Positions 61,011 to 64,000 of a DNA stretch of 64,000 nucleotides are shown here, one piece after another. The stretch lies in IMG/VR virus record IMGVR_UViG_3300020049_016712, positions 22,006 through 86,005 of that record; one strand, written 5' to 3'. The notes beneath the pieces were generated by a model. That model searched no databases and was not told the origin of the DNA. It saw nothing but the letters and a program-made list of their open reading frames with translations. This stretch comes from a virus (taxonomy: Duplodnaviria; Caudoviricetes). The stretch's first letter is position 1, and the number at the start of each line of letters is the position of its first letter. The position numbers and the translations under genes are program-made.

Positions 61011-61269
61011 TAGCCCGAAGGAAGTCTCTTGTTGCGCCCATGATTACCTGCGACCACGGAGGCCGCCGCGCCATCCAGCACCGGAAATGGCCGCACGGAT
61101 GCGAATAGTCATGGAATTCACCGGCTTGCCGGCAGATATAAGCCGGCTCCCAAAACCCGTTCTTCACTATTTCAGGTACAGGTCCGCAATACATACCCAC
61201 GGTGCAACGCCACTCCTCCGAATTGGGTTTTGGCGCCGACTTCCCTGGCTGTTTAGGCCTAAACGCCAT
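60997..61269 (-). CDS. Cys/His-containing hypothetical protein
   Basis: Start MAFRPK; its 3' end overlaps the promoter. Confidence 0.5.
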   Translation of the reverse strand: MAFRPKQPGKSAPKPNSEEWRCTVGMYCGPVPEIVKNGFWEPAYICRQAGEFHDYSHPCGHFRCWMARRPPWSQVIMGATRDFLRAIDNG

Positions 61270-61270
61270 A

Positions 61271-61855
61271 TCATCGCTGGTCCTTTCTCGTTCTCCCGAA
61301 ATGCCACTCGCCACACGATGCGCACCGGAAGACCTGCATCTCCTGAGTGATTCCCCTCTTCGAGCATTTGCGCAATTTGCCAACCATTGCCGCCGAGACA
61401 TCATGATAGCAAGTTTTCGGGTTCGGCCAAATCCGACAGGTCGTCGTCGTCTCCATCGGATCTTGCCGAGGATTGTTGGCCAACCACGCTAGCAGATGAC
61501 GAACGGCGCGCGCTTTCGCCTGGCGCTGCTTGGCGTTCAGGTTTTCCCAGACCCTCCCCGTGAACTCAACACCTTCACTGGCGCACATGTTGCGCTCGGT
61601 CTCACACAGGTCTTTGGCCACCTGCTCGGCATCCAGGTCAACCAGGAACTCGATGTGCCCCAGCACATGGTCTAAGTGCTTCGGAATCCGATGGAGGTCC
61701 TTAGCAGCCCTCTCTGGACCATAGGCGAATAGCCAGTCTAGCGACTCCTCATGGTCCCCATGTTGGCATTTCTGGTCGACCTCGGAAACATAGCCGAGAA
61801 CACTATCCACGAACAATCTCAGGCGCGCCCATCCGCGCCTTATGCCGTTGCTCAT
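61271..61855 (-). CDS. Hypothetical protein
   Basis: C-terminal FRCASCGEWHFG Zn-ribbon-like motif. Confidence 0.6.
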   Translation of the reverse strand: MSNGIRRGWARLRLFVDSVLGYVSEVDQKCQHGDHEESLDWLFAYGPERAAKDLHRIPKHLDHVLGHIEFLVDLDAEQVAKDLCETERNMCASEGVEFTGRVWENLNAKQRQAKARAVRHLLAWLANNPRQDPMETTTTCRIWPNPKTCYHDVSAAMVGKLRKCSKRGITQEMQVFRCASCGEWHFGRTRKDQR

Positions 61856-62235
61856 TTTGCGATACCAGCCATGGCGAAATGGACGACGCGCTGGAACGCA
61901 AACCTCCGCAACCCCTGCTCGGTCGGGGTATACCAGCCAGCCTCTCCATCGCAGGGGCGCCAGTTCCAGTTTCCGGTACAGGGATCGGAAAGGCTCACAT
62001 AAACGATTCCAACCTCTCCTGTCTCAGAATGGCGACACTCGGAAACGGCCAGGTAGAACCCGCCCTTGTGGTGCTTGTAAATGCCAGGGATCAGGCGCTT
62101 CTGCTCGGCCATCGACTGGCTCGCAACACCGGTCGAATGCTCGGTCATGACGACGGTCGCGTATCGCTCCCACACGATACCGAGAAACACTCCGCCCAAA
62201 GCAGCGAAGACAATAGCAGTAACAATCAGGATCAT
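61852..62235 (-). CDS. Membrane-anchored DUF1653-like protein
   Basis: N-terminal TM helix; GIYKHHKGGFY...HSETGE...VYVSL. Confidence 0.75.
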   Translation of the reverse strand: MILIVTAIVFAALGGVFLGIVWERYATVVMTEHSTGVASQSMAEQKRLIPGIYKHHKGGFYLAVSECRHSETGEVGIVYVSLSDPCTGNWNWRPCDGEAGWYTPTEQGLRRFAFQRVVHFAMAGIAK

Positions 62236-62248
62236 TTTATTCCTCTTT

Positions 62249-62827
62249 CTATTTGGTTTTTTTGCCCACGAACAGGGCGAAATCTTCAAGCGTCACCGGT
62301 TTCAGAAACGGTGACGAATACTCAGGCCGCAATACCGGCAAGCCAAGATGATTTTCTCCAACAATTTCCCCTGCCAGGTTGCGAATCAGCAACTGCGTCT
62401 CAAGTTCATGGCGCAACCCCTGTCGCAACAGGTCAATATCATGCGTCAATCGCAAAAAGTAGTTCGCGAACCTGAGCGCGTCATCCCCAGGGTATGCGCC
62501 AATCAGCATGCGATTCCTCAGAAATATTCCGATGTGTCTTTCGGACATCTCCTGGATGCGCACCGGATTACACCCAGGATGCATCTGCCTTAGCCTGTCC
62601 TGACATCGAGCATGGGGAGAACGCGACCCGTAAGACTGAATTCCATCCCATCGGCACCAAAACCAATCTCGACTCAACTCGTTTCCATCGACGGCCATCG
62701 CGGCGGCCGCGAACAAGCACTCGTTAGGGTAGTTTCCGAGCGATGCACGGCGGTTCCGGTGAGCAGCAAAGTAGAACATCATGATCGCCTCTTCAACGGC
62801 GGCATCAGAAGCAGACCGCCTGACCAC
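62249..62827 (-). CDS. Hypothetical protein
   Basis: Operon member; start uncertain. Confidence 0.5.
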   Translation of the reverse strand: MVRRSASDAAVEEAIMMFYFAAHRNRRASLGNYPNECLFAAAAMAVDGNELSRDWFWCRWDGIQSYGSRSPHARCQDRLRQMHPGCNPVRIQEMSERHIGIFLRNRMLIGAYPGDDALRFANYFLRLTHDIDLLRQGLRHELETQLLIRNLAGEIVGENHLGLPVLRPEYSSPFLKPVTLEDFALFVGKKTK

Positions 62828-63422
62828 TCTCGATTTCCTGCCGCCTGCGCTCCCTCAATTCCACGATACGCGCGTTATCCGGCATCGCCTCCCTCAAATA
62901 CTTGGGAACGTTGCCCTGAGCCCACAGGCTGTTCGTGATAATCGTGTTTTCCACGTTTCCGGCCTCGTCGAGAATCTCGATATACCACTCGGTGCCGCCA
63001 AACCCCAGCCAGCTCTTCTCGCCGCTGTGCGAATACCGGTCAATCGTGTAATGGCAACCGTTGCAGACAACGGTGGTGCGGTGGCGAACCTGCAATGTCT
63101 CGAGGCTGCGCATACGACTCTGCTCGTAAGCCTTCGGCAGCCAGAACGTGCAGTCCGAGCAATACTGGTCAGCCGGCCACATCTTGGAGCCCCTGGAAGA
63201 AACAGGCATTGGCTCCCTGGGTTTGGGCTTGAACAACTTCCCGCACCCAGTATAGGCGCAATGCTTCATCTCCAATCGCCCTGCAGCATACTCGTGCAGT
63301 TCATTGCAACGATGATGCGCCTCGGCGTCGAACTCTGGAGACCAGGACCAGTGCCCATCATCCCCGTCGGGAGAAGGGCCGTTCAGCGACCCATGGCAAA
63401 TTGGGCAAGTTCTGTTAGTCAT
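62805..63422 (-). CDS. Multi Zn-finger hypothetical protein
   Basis: CPIC, CAYTGC, CSDC, CNGC; SD GGAGCAAAC-ATG. Confidence 0.65.
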   Translation of the reverse strand: MTNRTCPICHGSLNGPSPDGDDGHWSWSPEFDAEAHHRCNELHEYAAGRLEMKHCAYTGCGKLFKPKPREPMPVSSRGSKMWPADQYCSDCTFWLPKAYEQSRMRSLETLQVRHRTTVVCNGCHYTIDRYSHSGEKSWLGFGGTEWYIEILDEAGNVENTIITNSLWAQGNVPKYLREAMPDNARIVELRERRRQEIESGQAVCF

Positions 63423-63551
63423 GTTTGCTCCTTAACTTCCGTGAACGATTGTCAATTCCACGGCCAAAAAGTGGATTCCTTCCTGGTGGGGTTGGAATCC
63501 GTTTTGAATGCCTCCGAACCGAAGGCTCTAAGCCTCGGCCTTACGGCACCT

Positions 63552-63758
63552 TCAGGACTTTTTAACGCCCAGGTGCGGCGCAGCAAGCCGACTGGCCTGA
63601 ATCGAGGACCGGGCCAGCACCGCCAGCTTCCCATGCGCAAGCTCCCAAACGTTGCGACTCAACTCCCTGGTTCCGCGCAGTTCGACCTCCTGGGTCGAAG
63701 CAGTCAGAACAACTTTGCCGTCTTTGTTCAGACTCGCGATGAAAAATTTCATGCTCAT
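63552..63758 (-). CDS. Hypothetical protein (68 aa)
   Basis: ATG ORF in the operon. Confidence 0.5.
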   Translation of the reverse strand: MSMKFFIASLNKDGKVVLTASTQEVELRGTRELSRNVWELAHGKLAVLARSSIQASRLAAPHLGVKKS

Positions 63759-63782
63759 GGGGTTTCCGGTCCTCGATTCATT

Positions 63783-63992
63783 TTAGCAGCCAATCACGTC
63801 GAACCGCCTGCAGAACGCGATGAACTTATACCGCTCGGTCGGCAAGCACGGGTCGAGCGATGACCACATGCGCAAGAGGCTGGCGCCAGCCTCGTCGGCG
63901 CGACCCTCCTCCTTGAGATAGAGCAAATAAGCCAGGAAGCGCATCTCCTGCGCGCCCATGCCCGAGTTCCTGGCCGTGTCCAGAACGGACAC
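63783..63992 (-). CDS. Hypothetical protein (69 aa)
   Basis: SD GGAG at the window edge. Confidence 0.5.
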   Translation of the reverse strand: MSVLDTARNSGMGAQEMRFLAYLLYLKEEGRADEAGASLLRMWSSLDPCLPTERYKFIAFCRRFDVIGC

Positions 63993-64000
63993 GATCTCCT

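Noticed and set aside
1-64000. tRNA, tmRNA or rRNA genes
   Set aside because: GGTTCGAA-like strings (29822, 50092, 57661) lack cloverleaf context; judged by eye only, so tRNAscan-SE would be decisive.

Overview
The window is part of a tailed dsDNA phage or prophage genome, siphovirus-like (long tape measure, tail tube, no sheath recognised). Almost all genes are on the minus strand. In transcription order (right to left): small hypotheticals and regulators (double-XRE, RHH-HTH, a lone DpdB-like DGQHR protein, LexA-like); DNA methyltransferase; terminase small and large; an array of Zn-finger genes; portal; an array of tightly coupled hypotheticals; gpF-like minor head protein; an IF2-N-like protein; fused protease/capsid; adaptor; Dam-like methyltransferase; neck, terminator, tail tube, chaperone and tape measure; tail tip and fibres; an orphan response regulator; lysis genes (GH24+C39 endolysin); a MoxR-type AAA ATPase with a VWA-metallopeptidase. 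No integrase, replication gene, tRNA, CRISPR array or reverse transcriptase was recognised. The main unexplained structure is non-coding: (1) seven near-consensus sigma70 promoters sharing TTGACA-NNN-GTTAAC; (2) a conserved GAGCAAACGAAACGGAGCAAACGAACG-type leader on the genes they drive; (3) a 131-nt element closed by a perfect 23-bp inverted repeat that carries the antisense of that leader; (4) a different motif upstream of at least eight virion genes; (5) a roughly 70-nt dispersed repeat in three copies. About a dozen dissimilar hypothetical proteins also share a C-terminal (I/M)x(E/D)LA(K/R) tail. All protein family calls are motif recognition by eye; no database search was run.
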